From positions 1,271,849 to 1,335,848 of the forward strand of contig CBDBLX010000002.1 in NCBI GenBank assembly GCA_965207445.1: 64,000 bases of DNA, written 5' to 3'. The position numbers were made by a program, and so were the translations under genes. The notes below the pieces were generated by a model. That model saw only the letters and a program-made list of their open reading frames with translations, ran no database searches and was not told where the DNA came from. Of this stretch, positions 1 through 9,184 are shown piece by piece (position 1 is the first letter of the stretch; each line of letters begins with the position of its first letter). Source of the stretch: Nitrosopumilus sp. (GTDB lineage Archaea; Thermoproteota; Nitrososphaeria; Nitrososphaerales; Nitrosopumilaceae).

Positions 1-70
1 ACACGATATTCAATATGTAGATAGAAATGTGACCAAATATAGGTATATGATTTTATCATTACATCCACAG

Positions 71-151
71 GTAACCGTTCAATCCATTCCAGAATTTAGG
101 CACAGATTCACCGCCTAACGTCTGGCGCAGGCACGAGGGTTGAACAGTTAC
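71..151. mobile_element. 81-bp MITE (family A), copy 1
   Basis: TIR GTAACCGTTCAA...TTGAACAGTTAC; perfect 9-bp TSD CATCCACAG at 62-70 and 152-160. Confidence 0.9.
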
Positions 152-816
152 CATCCACAGAGCTTGGTTCACACGGTAGATGTGTGTTGAGGTGTACAGG
201 TAGAGGGTTTAACTGTTACCGAAACGCGCCGTCCAACTTTTCTCCACCAAAACCACGAAAAGCATAAAGATCATGACGAGCCTGGCTCGCTAAGATTATT
301 GATCATATGGTCACTATCATAATAATAACTTCCAAAAGCAGGAAGAAGAGTGATAAGCGGCGCAAGAAGAATTACGCGGAAAGACAAAACTCGCGCGTGC
401 GGACATATAAGATCGAATAGCGAAGATTAAAGATCAGGGAATGCCGCAACTATACCCATGATAATCCCACGCCGTGGTTGGGCTCATCACACTGCATCAA
501 AGTATGAGAGGAAGTGAAAGGGGGGGACAGAATGAAGCGAGTTCGGATCAAGCAGTTAGTAAAATTGATCCGCAACACCCTGTCCGAGTGCTACCGAGAC
601 AGACATTACGGAGATCATATGCCTAGTCGGCCGAGGACAACAAAGCAATTCGTGTGTTGGGAATTCTAGAATATGTTGCCAACTAACGCCGTCATATGGC
701 CTTGAGTATTCGATTCTACGATTGACCCGAAGATCGTGTCTATCCCGCCCCTCGTTAGAACATCTCAACTAATCTTAATTCAGAGACTTTAAGAAGCTAA
801 GGCCATAAGATAGTGT

Positions 817-1413
817 ATGATGAATATGAATGTCAAGAGTAAGGTGCTCAAAGACGACAATGAACTACAAAAGTTCATAATTCTACTGGCAAGTGCTGCT
901 GGTGGCAAACCCATTAAAGGAAACACCAAACTCCAAAAAATCCTGTTTTTATTATCGAATAGCATTGATGATATCCGAGAGTATGGGGATTTTGATGCAT
1001 ATCTTTATGGTCCGTACAGCGAGACAATCGACCAAGAATTACAATATCTGGGGCAGATCGGCGTACTTAGTAACACTCGTGGAGAGATCGCACTCACCGA
1101 AACAGGGAAAGAAATTGCAAAAGACATGACAAAAAATACGGACGGTGTCGTCCTTAAGGCATTAATCAAATACAAAGAGATTTTCAATGATCTTACAAAT
1201 AAAGAGTTACTTGCATACGTTTATTCAGCATATCCGGACATGGCCAAGGAATCTGCAGAATATGAGAATCTAAGACCCAACATGGAAGATCATATTATGG
1301 CTCTAGTCAAAAAACACAAGATTAGTGCGCAGCGCGCCGCTGAACTGACAAAGAAACCCCAGGCCTATGTCATAAAAAGAATGAAAGATTATGGAATACC
1401 AATTTTAGGATGA
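817..1413 (+). CDS. YwgA/SocA(Panacea)-like putative antitoxin with C-terminal HTH-like segment
   Basis: 198-aa ORF with KLQKILFLL...FDAYLYGPYS motif. Confidence 0.6.
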   Translation: MMNMNVKSKVLKDDNELQKFIILLASAAGGKPIKGNTKLQKILFLLSNSIDDIREYGDFDAYLYGPYSETIDQELQYLGQIGVLSNTRGEIALTETGKEIAKDMTKNTDGVVLKALIKYKEIFNDLTNKELLAYVYSAYPDMAKESAEYENLRPNMEDHIMALVKKHKISAQRAAELTKKPQAYVIKRMKDYGIPILG

Positions 1414-1416
1414 GCT

Positions 1417-1640
1417 GGTTCTCCTGCAAACGCGGTTGGTGGCAATTAACACAGATTTGAACCGTTGCAGTCAATCCGGACACGTAACTAGTATTTTGTC
1501 GCCACGTGTGATAAACTTCAAACCCTCTGAGGTTACCAAGTTTGGCAAGGACCGGCTTTGGAATGTACGAGTAACTAGTTACCCATTTTCACGTTGTGGG
1601 TTATGGATACTTGGAATTCAGTTAGGGCATTGGCAGCCAA
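1417..1640 (-). mobile_element. IS6-type end fragment with degenerate small AbrB-like gene, copy 1
   Basis: Starts GGTTCTCCTGCAAA (resembles the IS6 TIR GGTTCTGTTGCAAA); near-identical to 63380-63600 and to the reverse complement of 31460-31677. Confidence 0.65.
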
Positions 1641-2522
1641 TGGTGATTTCATTAAAGATCCGATAGTTTTTAGATATTCTTATAATCACATATTAGGAAA
1701 TCAGGCAGGCCCCATGTTGTAATCCATACATACTTCATGATTTTTCCATGGGCATGTGTATGCCAGCCGTGTATTTAGGCGTGGCAAAAGGTATGTGCGC
1801 AGCCGTCCTGATCATAGTGCGATCTGTGCGTCGCACAGCCTCACCCGGACCACCTAGTTCGCGTAATATGCAGTTCATACAGCCCGGAGTTCCGGTATTA
1901 GCGCGTTGTTCTTTGCGTCTTGTATGGCATTGCACATGTACTCTAGTAGCCTGACTGTTCCCACCTCACCGTTTCCCATCATGTGTAGTATGGACTTTTG
2001 CATCTCTGGAAAACCGCCCTTGTAGTATCTGCCTGCCAGTGAACGCTTTATCTCGCGCCATTGGATCTCTATGGGATTGTACTGAGGAGTGTATGGCGGC
2101 AAGTACCATAGTGCGACTTGGCCTCTTGTCTGTTCCAGATACTGCTTGATGTCTTTGGACTTGTGCGCAGATGCATTGTCACATATGACAAATACCTTGC
2201 CGTACTTTTCTCGGAGCATCTCCAACAGTTTTATGACGTTTACAGTATTCGCACTGTCGCAAAAGTGCAGGTGGCACGTGTCGGCCCCGAGTGCACCCGG
2301 CATTTTCATGCTCGTTTTTGAAAAGTTGACATTTACAGTCTCAGAGCCTCCCCGGGGATATAGTCCGCGCGCGACATACGGCGAGTTTGTGATTGCAGAG
2401 ACGTCCATACAGAACACCTCATAGCCGGCGCGGGCGTGCGCCATGGTGGCGTGTATTGCGTCGTGTACATCATGCAGTTCTTCTAATGGACTGGCAGACT
2501 TGTGGTGGATTGGCCTGGGGCA

Positions 2523-2632
2523 TACTGATATGATTAAAGATCCGATATTTTGATTGATATTCATCTCGAAGTTGAGCACATATTATAAATACAAAATATT
2601 AGAAAACTATCGGATCTTTAATGAAACTATTA
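2523..2632 (+). mobile_element. 110-bp MITE (family B), copy 1
   Basis: Imperfect TIR containing ATTAAAGATCCGATA; 4-bp TSD GGCA. Confidence 0.9.
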
Positions 2633-2720
2633 GGCATTCTTATTGAAAAGCCCATCCTGTGAGCTAGCACCAGGGCTCCGGTCCACGTGTACTGGACGTC
2701 AAAAATGTTTACCAGATGCA

Positions 2721-2830
2721 TACTGATATGATTAAAGATCCGATATTTTGATTGACATTCATCTCGAAGTTGAGCACATATTATGAATGCAAAATATTAG
2801 AAAACTATCGGATCTTTAATGAAACTATTA
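2721..2830 (+). mobile_element. 110-bp MITE (family B), copy 2
   Basis: Near-identical to copy 1; TSD TGCA. Confidence 0.9.
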
Positions 2831-3031
2831 TGCAATGCAAACAAGGCGGCAGTCCATGTCCCACGCTCAAAGCCACTTTGCATCGGTTCCTTGCTCAGAT
2901 CGGCCTTTGCCTGTTCTTGTTGTGCTTTTGTGAGTCTGCACGGCCTGCCGGGGGATCTTGCGGTCATATCTGCCCTCCAATCCCTCTGACTGTAGCCTGT
3001 TGAACCACTCGGATATGACACCCTGACTGCG

Positions 3032-3141
3032 TAATAGTTTCATTAAAGATCCGATAATTTTCTAATATTTTGTATTCATAATATGTGCTCAACTTTGAGA
3101 TAAATATCAATCAAAATATCGGATCTTTAATCATATCAGTA
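3032..3141 (-). mobile_element. 110-bp MITE (family B), copy 3
   Basis: Inverted copy; TSD TGCG. Confidence 0.9.
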
Positions 3142-3396
3142 TGCGTCCGAGCTGGGCGGCTATTGCAGACTCACTCTTGCCCTTTTTTCGCCCAACTGCT
3201 GCCTGCAGCCTGTCACAGGACTTGCCCGGAGACTCTTTGCGGTAGGCGGCTTTTAGATCTTCTCCTATGATAACTCCCGAGCGTACGAGTCGTACCTTTC
3301 CGATATTTCATCCGTCTCATGACTACCAAGTACAGAGTGTAGTTTATAGCTAACGCTAAGGGTTAATCTGTACATATGCATACGCGGCAGATGTGC

Positions 3397-4491
3397 TTAT
3401 GCCTTGTTCTGTCGTCGTCTCTCCAGCTTGGCCAATTTGCGCTTGTACAGATCTTCGTTGCGTGACTCGTAGCTAGTATTGTTTTGGAGCATGTGCCACA
3501 TGATGTTCATCATTTTATTCGCGACTACGACAACTGCAAGCGCATGCTTGTCTGCATGTCGTTTGCGTGCTGCTTCGTATGCGGCTTTCATTCTCAGATC
3601 ATGTCTGGCCGCCACACTGGCAGCCTCACACATTATCCAATTTACAAGCCGGTCTGTGCCTGCCTTTTTTATCTTTCCAAGACGCATCTCATTACCTGAT
3701 TGTCTTATTGTAGGACAGAGCCTCGCCCATGAGATCATTTGTTTGGGAGTCTCAAACCTCGATATATCCGATATCTCAACTGCCAATAGTATGGCCGCAT
3801 ACGTGCCAATACCTGTCATACTGACAAGCAGTTTTGCATACTCATTTTGAGCTGCTTCGGCATCCAACTGTTTGTCAGTTTCTACAAGCTCGCTTGTGTA
3901 GTGTTTGATTTGTCTTACACACTGCTTTAGTACAAAGTTATCCTGTGCATCACCGAGATTGAGAGTGTCCAGATAGAATAGTGCCTTGTGAGAGTACATG
4001 TTGGCCGCATGTGCGGCCTTACCATGAGCATCAAGCAGGTTGTGTATTTGGTTTATCACCTTGGTTCTTGCCTGTACCAGACGTACATGCTGCCTCACAA
4101 GATTCCTAATTGCACGTATGTGCTTTGATGGAATGTAACACTCTGGAATGGAATTCATCCTGAGTATCTGTGCTATCTTTTCTGCATCTATCTTGTCAGT
4201 CTTTTTTCCAGTCTTGTTGATCAGTGCCATCTTGTACGAATTGGCAAGCTTGATCGGAATGCCAACATCTTCAAACGCATTAACTGTCGTAATCCACAGG
4301 TTAGCTGTGGTCTCGCATGCTGCAGTGCATTTTCCCATCTTACCATACTTGTCAAGTATGGCGTGTGCACATTGTCTTGCATCCTCTTGCGTGTTAAAGT
4401 ATTGCCCACGGTCGAGTACCTTGCCCCTATTGTTAACTACACAATAGTCACACTTTTTCTTGCTAATGTCTATACCTATGCTTATCTTCAT
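3397..4491 (-). CDS. IS110-family transposase/recombinase
   Basis: GIDISKK, ACETT, KTDKIDA DEDD motifs; PTIRQSG catalytic-Ser motif; AGGAGGTGA Shine-Dalgarno-like site upstream. Confidence 0.95.
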   Translation of the reverse strand: MKISIGIDISKKKCDYCVVNNRGKVLDRGQYFNTQEDARQCAHAILDKYGKMGKCTAACETTANLWITTVNAFEDVGIPIKLANSYKMALINKTGKKTDKIDAEKIAQILRMNSIPECYIPSKHIRAIRNLVRQHVRLVQARTKVINQIHNLLDAHGKAAHAANMYSHKALFYLDTLNLGDAQDNFVLKQCVRQIKHYTSELVETDKQLDAEAAQNEYAKLLVSMTGIGTYAAILLAVEISDISRFETPKQMISWARLCPTIRQSGNEMRLGKIKKAGTDRLVNWIMCEAASVAARHDLRMKAAYEAARKRHADKHALAVVVVANKMMNIMWHMLQNNTSYESRNEDLYKRKLAKLERRRQNKA

Positions 4492-4539
4492 CCTTTGCTA
4501 TCACCTCCTGGTCGGATGTCTTTTGATGAAACGGAAGCT

Positions 4540-4640
4540 GCATACTCCTATCAGGGCTCGCAGCCCAATCATACAGCAGCTCGGATTGCCCCAATCTATG
4601 CAAAGGGAGCATTGTCCCATAGTAATTCAGGGGTCGATTC
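4540..4640 (-). ncRNA. Putative bridge RNA of the IS110 at 3397-4491 (upstream non-coding region)
   Basis: Two stem / internal-loop / hairpin units: AGCTGC..GGGCTCGCAGCCC..GCAGCT and CCCC..GGGAGCATTGTCCC..GGGG. Confidence 0.5.
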
Positions 4641-4813
4641 ATCACTACTAGTACGTGGAGGGGGTTATCATGTATTCTATGCATCGCACAGTGTTATAGA
4701 TGCGTATATTTCCTGTGAGATGTGTTTTTTCACAGATGATACATATGTTCACTAAGATGATATTCGTGTTGATATGGCCTTATTTAGGCATGATGCGGTG
4801 GGGGGAGGGGGAG

Positions 4814-5212
4814 GTGACACGTTACATCATCGCCGCTATATTCGGCGTTATCGGCGTCTTTTTTGCGGCGCTGTATCAGGGCGCGACCGACGACGTCGTC
4901 GGTGACAGAATCACGTCATATAGCGACAGGCTCGACCTGTACAAGGAGCAGGCCGCAGAGCACCTCAAACTGGTGGAGATGACGGACACCGAGTCGGACA
5001 CGGCAGACCTGATAAACACCGGCATAAAGGACGTCCGGATATGACACCTGTACACAGACGACGTCAAGGACGACGCCTACTCGGTCCGGGACAGGGACGG
5101 GTCCGTCGACTGGCTGCGCGTCGGCAGCCTGGTCAGCATCACCTCGGCCCTTGACGGCGGCACGGTCTCTATAGTCACCGAGAGCGGCACGGTCTTCCGG
5201 TTTGACCAGTGA
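4814..5212 (+). pseudogene. Archaeal pilin-like membrane-anchored protein with one in-frame TGA (5042-5044)
   Basis: Hydrophobic N-terminus; frame continues past the stop to ...VSIVTESGTVFRFDQ*. Confidence 0.5.
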
Positions 5213-5223
5213 CGATCAGGGTT

Positions 5224-5550
5224 TTAGCTTCGTCCTTTGTATGTGTCGTATGCTTGGGAGCGCTTCTCAAGTCCGTGCACCAGGATCGAATTGTTCTCCC
5301 ATTTGATCGTTACAAACACCCTGTATTTGCTGATACGTATCCTGTATGCAGGTACGTCCCTTTCCACAAACCTGTTTGTCGTAAGGCGATCTAGTCCAAC
5401 ATTGTTCAGAATCTTGTACGGGTGCTCAATATTGCACAAGGTTTTTCCGACTTCATCCATTTTGGAGATAATTGTTTTGGCAATCTGCTTGTCGGACTTG
5501 CTGATTTTCTTGAGGTTTTTATTAAACCGCGTATAGTATACAACGTTCAC
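5224..5550 (-). CDS. RelE/ParE-family toxin
   Basis: 108 aa, basic; YRIRISKYRVF and KRSQAY motifs; overlaps upstream acidic ORF. Confidence 0.85.
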   Translation of the reverse strand: MNVVYYTRFNKNLKKISKSDKQIAKTIISKMDEVGKTLCNIEHPYKILNNVGLDRLTTNRFVERDVPAYRIRISKYRVFVTIKWENNSILVHGLEKRSQAYDTYKGRS

Positions 5551-5750
5551 GACTCGTCATCTGCATCCAGCATTTTTAATACCTCTTTCCCCGTATAAAA
5601 CCGTTCACCATTGTTGTAAGCCTCGACGCCACTCAGTACGTCGTCTATCATTTCCTCGGAGATGGGTTCGTCGTCGCTCTTTGATACTGTGTCAGACGAC
5701 ACATGCGCCGTCGAATGGACGGTGTCCGGATCAGCGTCGTCAACGGGCAT
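5547..5750 (-). CDS. Putative antitoxin of the RelE-like toxin
   Basis: 67 aa, acidic; 4-bp overlap with the toxin start. Confidence 0.75.
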   Translation of the reverse strand: MPVDDADPDTVHSTAHVSSDTVSKSDDEPISEEMIDDVLSGVEAYNNGERFYTGKEVLKMLDADDES

Positions 5751-6586
5751 CTAGGCGTCCACCTCGCGCCACAGCAGTGAGCATACATTCATCGCATACG
5801 GGTGCAGCTGCATGCCCATATATCCAAGAGGGTCGTTTGATCGTGCCATGTGATGTATTGTCATCACTCGTATTTATTTGTGAGATCCGGCCCAATAACA
5901 GGACAAGCCCGGAGCCGGAGGCCGTTCTGACGGGTTCCGGAAACGTCAGGATAGGGCACCCGTACACAGGTGGTGGCGCAGACATGCGTGTGCGGCCGTG
6001 GCATAGGCGGGCCCGTTTATGAGCTGCACACGGGTTTGGCCCGCGTCGTCCCGGCCCCTGACGGCGGCACGGTCAGTCGTCACCAAGAGCGGTAGGGGTT
6101 TTAGGTTCAGTCAGTGATGATGGTGATGGTGACCCTTCGTATGTCGTCGGCCTCGGTAATCGTGGCGGTGCCTGTCTGGCTTATGACGATCCGTATGTAT
6201 TTGACCATCTTCGGATCATATATCTGACTAGATTGCGCCTCGGACTGGTTGAGCGTCACGGGCATTATGCGCAACGCCGCGATCGTAACCAACCCCATGG
6301 TGGCGTACAATGCGTTTTTTGTGATCATTGCATACCATCACACCGTGCGCTATATAAGAGGACATATCTTGATCTGGAGTGTCTTTTGTAGGCTTGGGGG
6401 GTTTTGGCAGCTGATGCGTCACGCGGTTGGATCGTACACACGTTCCATGAGCAGGATTGTGCCATTCTAGTCGCGCCTTGTGTTGTAAATATGGGGTAAT
6501 GGGTGAGTCGTCTTTTGTGCGGTTCTCGCGGTGTGGAGCATGTCTGCCGAATAACGCGAATACGTGTCCTGCGGCGTGTACGGAGA

Positions 6587-6692
6587 CATCTTGGTCGGCG
6601 CGGCGGCCTTGCCGTCCCTGGTTTAAGATCGTCAATACATGAGCAAGCTGAGCAAGAGGCATCTTGGTCGGCGCGGCGGCCTTGCCGTCCCT
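6587..6692. repeat. Perfect 33-bp direct repeat x2 with a 40-bp spacer
   Basis: CATCTTGGTCGGCGCGGCGGCCTTGCCGTCCCT at 6587-6619 and 6660-6692. Confidence 0.85.
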
Positions 6693-6901
6693 CCATTCGC
6701 GCACGAGCTGATGCACTTTACACCCACTTCACTCGCGGCCCTCACCAAACAAATGACCGATGGTGTTTTCTTTTTCATGCCAAAAAGCACTTTCAATTGA
6801 TGGGGTCAATCTCACCCTGCGTTGTATTTGACCCTTGCAAGGTTTACTTTTGCCTCGCGGTGCGAGGGAAGGTATATTGACACCTAACGGTGACGCAAGT
6901 C

Positions 6902-7479
6902 ATGGTCGATACATACACCAGGAGAATAGGCAACATATCTGCTGGCGAGAACAAAAAGGCGGCAAGAAAGGCGCCGCGGGCGCCGATGACACAGTTGTTA
7001 TCTCCCTATCCTCGATGGCAGAGAGCAGTCAGATTGTCCTGACAAATGCAGGCAGGAAGGCAGAGATCCGGCTCAGGCACGGCGTCGCGTTGCGCCACGG
7101 GAACATACTGGAAGGTTCAGACCCGGCAGCCAAAACTGCGAGAAAAAGGACGCTGGTGGTAAAGCAGGCCATGGAAAAGGTAGTAGTAGTGCGGTTCCTT
7201 GAGAGGAACAATGACGGCTATGACTATTATGACAGCGACTTTTATGACGTCCCCCTGTTGGTGGGGCACGCAGTTGGGTGCATGCGCAGGACGCTCTCGT
7301 TTTTTGACGATGACCTTCAAGACTATGGGGTGATGGGCGTGTCGTTTCCAGTACGTGACGACAAGGAACTGCGGGACTTTAAGAGGATGCTCAAGCCCGT
7401 GCTAAAATACATCAAGATAACCACAACAGAGCAAGTATTCATCCCCGATGAAGATGCCTGTATCTCAAAGTCCATCTGA
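6902..7479 (+). pseudogene. ureE: UreE-like urease accessory protein, probable frameshift near 6950
   Basis: RLRHGVALRHGNIL, VVKQAMEKVVVVRF and LVGHAVG motifs; ATG 6902 frame (MVDTYTRRIGNIS) is out of frame with the body. Confidence 0.55.
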
Positions 7480-7777
7480 CCGTTGTGGGGCGCGGTGCGG
7501 AAAGTCGATCAGTCGGCATGTGGATTTCCAACTCTCATTAAGTTGAAGGGTTGGAAGGCATCAAGCATAGAGATCCTAGGATCCAGTACTGACGGGCTCA
7601 AAACCCAGATGGGTATTGGCGCCGGTATTACACCGGCAAGTGCGCGTCACGCGCGTATTTCCCATTCTAGCCTCCCGCAGCGCATGATATACACCCGAAT
7701 AAATCTGTAATGAATTTGTGGAGGTACAAGTCATACCCTTCCGTGGATTAATGTACTTATAACTAACCAACGCATAG

Positions 7778-8479
7778 ATGCATTTGATGAACAAAGCCGT
7801 GTTTTATCTGGGGATTGGGAGCATTGCAGTCGCTCTGGTTGCAGCTCTTGTAATGGCGCCAACCGCTCCGGTCGTGTTACAAATAACCGTCCAGACGGAG
7901 AGTGACGATATCAATCGTATTACCACGCACGAAGAGTGGATTGAATGGTACCGCAATGCGGATCCAGACGAACTTGGAAGTCATCACAACGAGATAGTAC
8001 GCGATACATGGGTGGCGCAGTATGAGTTTGAACAAGAGTTCCACCCGGAAGAGGGATTGGTAGTGGACTACCTGTCGGCGCTGTCAATACAGCAGGAGAT
8101 GTTGCAGGACACCTACAACTACACGGATGAGAAATTTACCAGATACCACGATTGGTTACTGGAGACGTTCGATGTGCCGCCAACGTTAGAAGGTGTGGAA
8201 CGAGCGATGCTCGATCTGATCGGTGGAGACAAGGACAACATGCACAGAATTGACCATGTACATTCTCACAACCACAGAGCCATCATGATCGCCGAACCTC
8301 CATTCGATCTTTGGGAATCTGATCCTGATTGGTGGTGGTTGCAGAACCAGTTGTCGGCTTGCCAGCATGAGAAAGCGTTGGATTGCGACGAGTTTATTTT
8401 TGCTCACGAGAACAGCCGGCCGCTCACTGAGGGGGAACTTGAGCTTATGCAGCCCGACTTTGAGGAAGCCACGGAGTAG
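7778..8479 (+). CDS. Secreted or membrane-anchored acidic hypothetical protein
   Basis: 233 aa; N-terminal hydrophobic signal. Confidence 0.65.
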   Translation: MHLMNKAVFYLGIGSIAVALVAALVMAPTAPVVLQITVQTESDDINRITTHEEWIEWYRNADPDELGSHHNEIVRDTWVAQYEFEQEFHPEEGLVVDYLSALSIQQEMLQDTYNYTDEKFTRYHDWLLETFDVPPTLEGVERAMLDLIGGDKDNMHRIDHVHSHNHRAIMIAEPPFDLWESDPDWWWLQNQLSACQHEKALDCDEFIFAHENSRPLTEGELELMQPDFEEATE

Positions 8480-9184
8480 TGGCGCGCGGAGAAAGAGTCC
8501 AATCGCAGTGACACCGGCACCGCTTCGGCCCTGTCTTGGGATCTTTTTTCCAAGGCAGAGGCTCTAGTCCGCGTGGACAAGTATAATACACTCGGCCTGC
8601 GAGTTTCGGCCAGTGAATGTGATGCGTCGGTATGCACTTTCAGGACATCTGTAAGTGGGACAGGATCCAAGCAAGCGTTCACCCCCCCCCTCCCCCTAGC
8701 TAGGTACAGGGCAGCCACTTACGGTGAGCGAATGTGTGGCTATACGTGCCCATGGCACGTAAGGTGGAAGAGAGGTTACGCGTGTGTCATTGCAGCTAGA
8801 ATACGTAGGGTTTGATTGACTTGCAAATGTTCTCGGCTCGATTGGCGGTGTAGTGGTGGTGTAGTTGTTGTGTAATTTGCCAGCTTGTCATACCATATCA
8901 AAAGTCTGTCTGTTAGTGGACTTACAGTGCGCTTTGCACCCGGACAATTCCAATAAAATCACTCATACTTAATAAATGTAACTGCGCTCTTACCAAAAGT
9001 TACATATAGGGCCATCCAAATGGAATTATTATGATTAGAACCAAGAGGATGACATTATGAATTTACTGAGGGCTGTTATCAATCTATTGTTTTCAAAAAA
9101 GCGAACCATTCAGTTTCAGAGGCGATGGTCCATGCAGACAAGAAAGGGAGAGTTGTATGATATGACGATGAGGGGAGAGGGGGT

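Larger units (their letters stand above)
1869..3374 (-). pseudogene. IS630-family transposase, disrupted by three MITE-B insertions
   Basis: DNASAHKS and LPPYTPQYNPIEIQW motifs in ORF 1875-2579; HTH-region fragments at 2797-3021; element ends approximate. Confidence 0.85.

Noticed and set aside
160..175. GAGSTTGGTTCACAC motif (also near 16748, 50049, 50183) as paired element ends
   Set aside because: Resembles IS5-type TIRs, but no consistent pairing or TSD could be established
1417..1666. Three-copy repeat as a TnpB/IscB omega RNA, or the plus-strand 76-aa ORF as a gene
   Set aside because: No TnpB or IscB in the window; the opposite strand encodes an AbrB-like peptide and ends in an IS6-like TIR
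2523..3141. Clustered 110-bp repeats as a CRISPR array
   Set aside because: Too long, mixed orientation, each has TIRs and its own TSD, and the intervening DNA is IS630 coding sequence
5042..5044. In-frame TGA as selenocysteine or programmed readthrough
   Set aside because: No supporting motif; many neighbouring genes are pseudogenised
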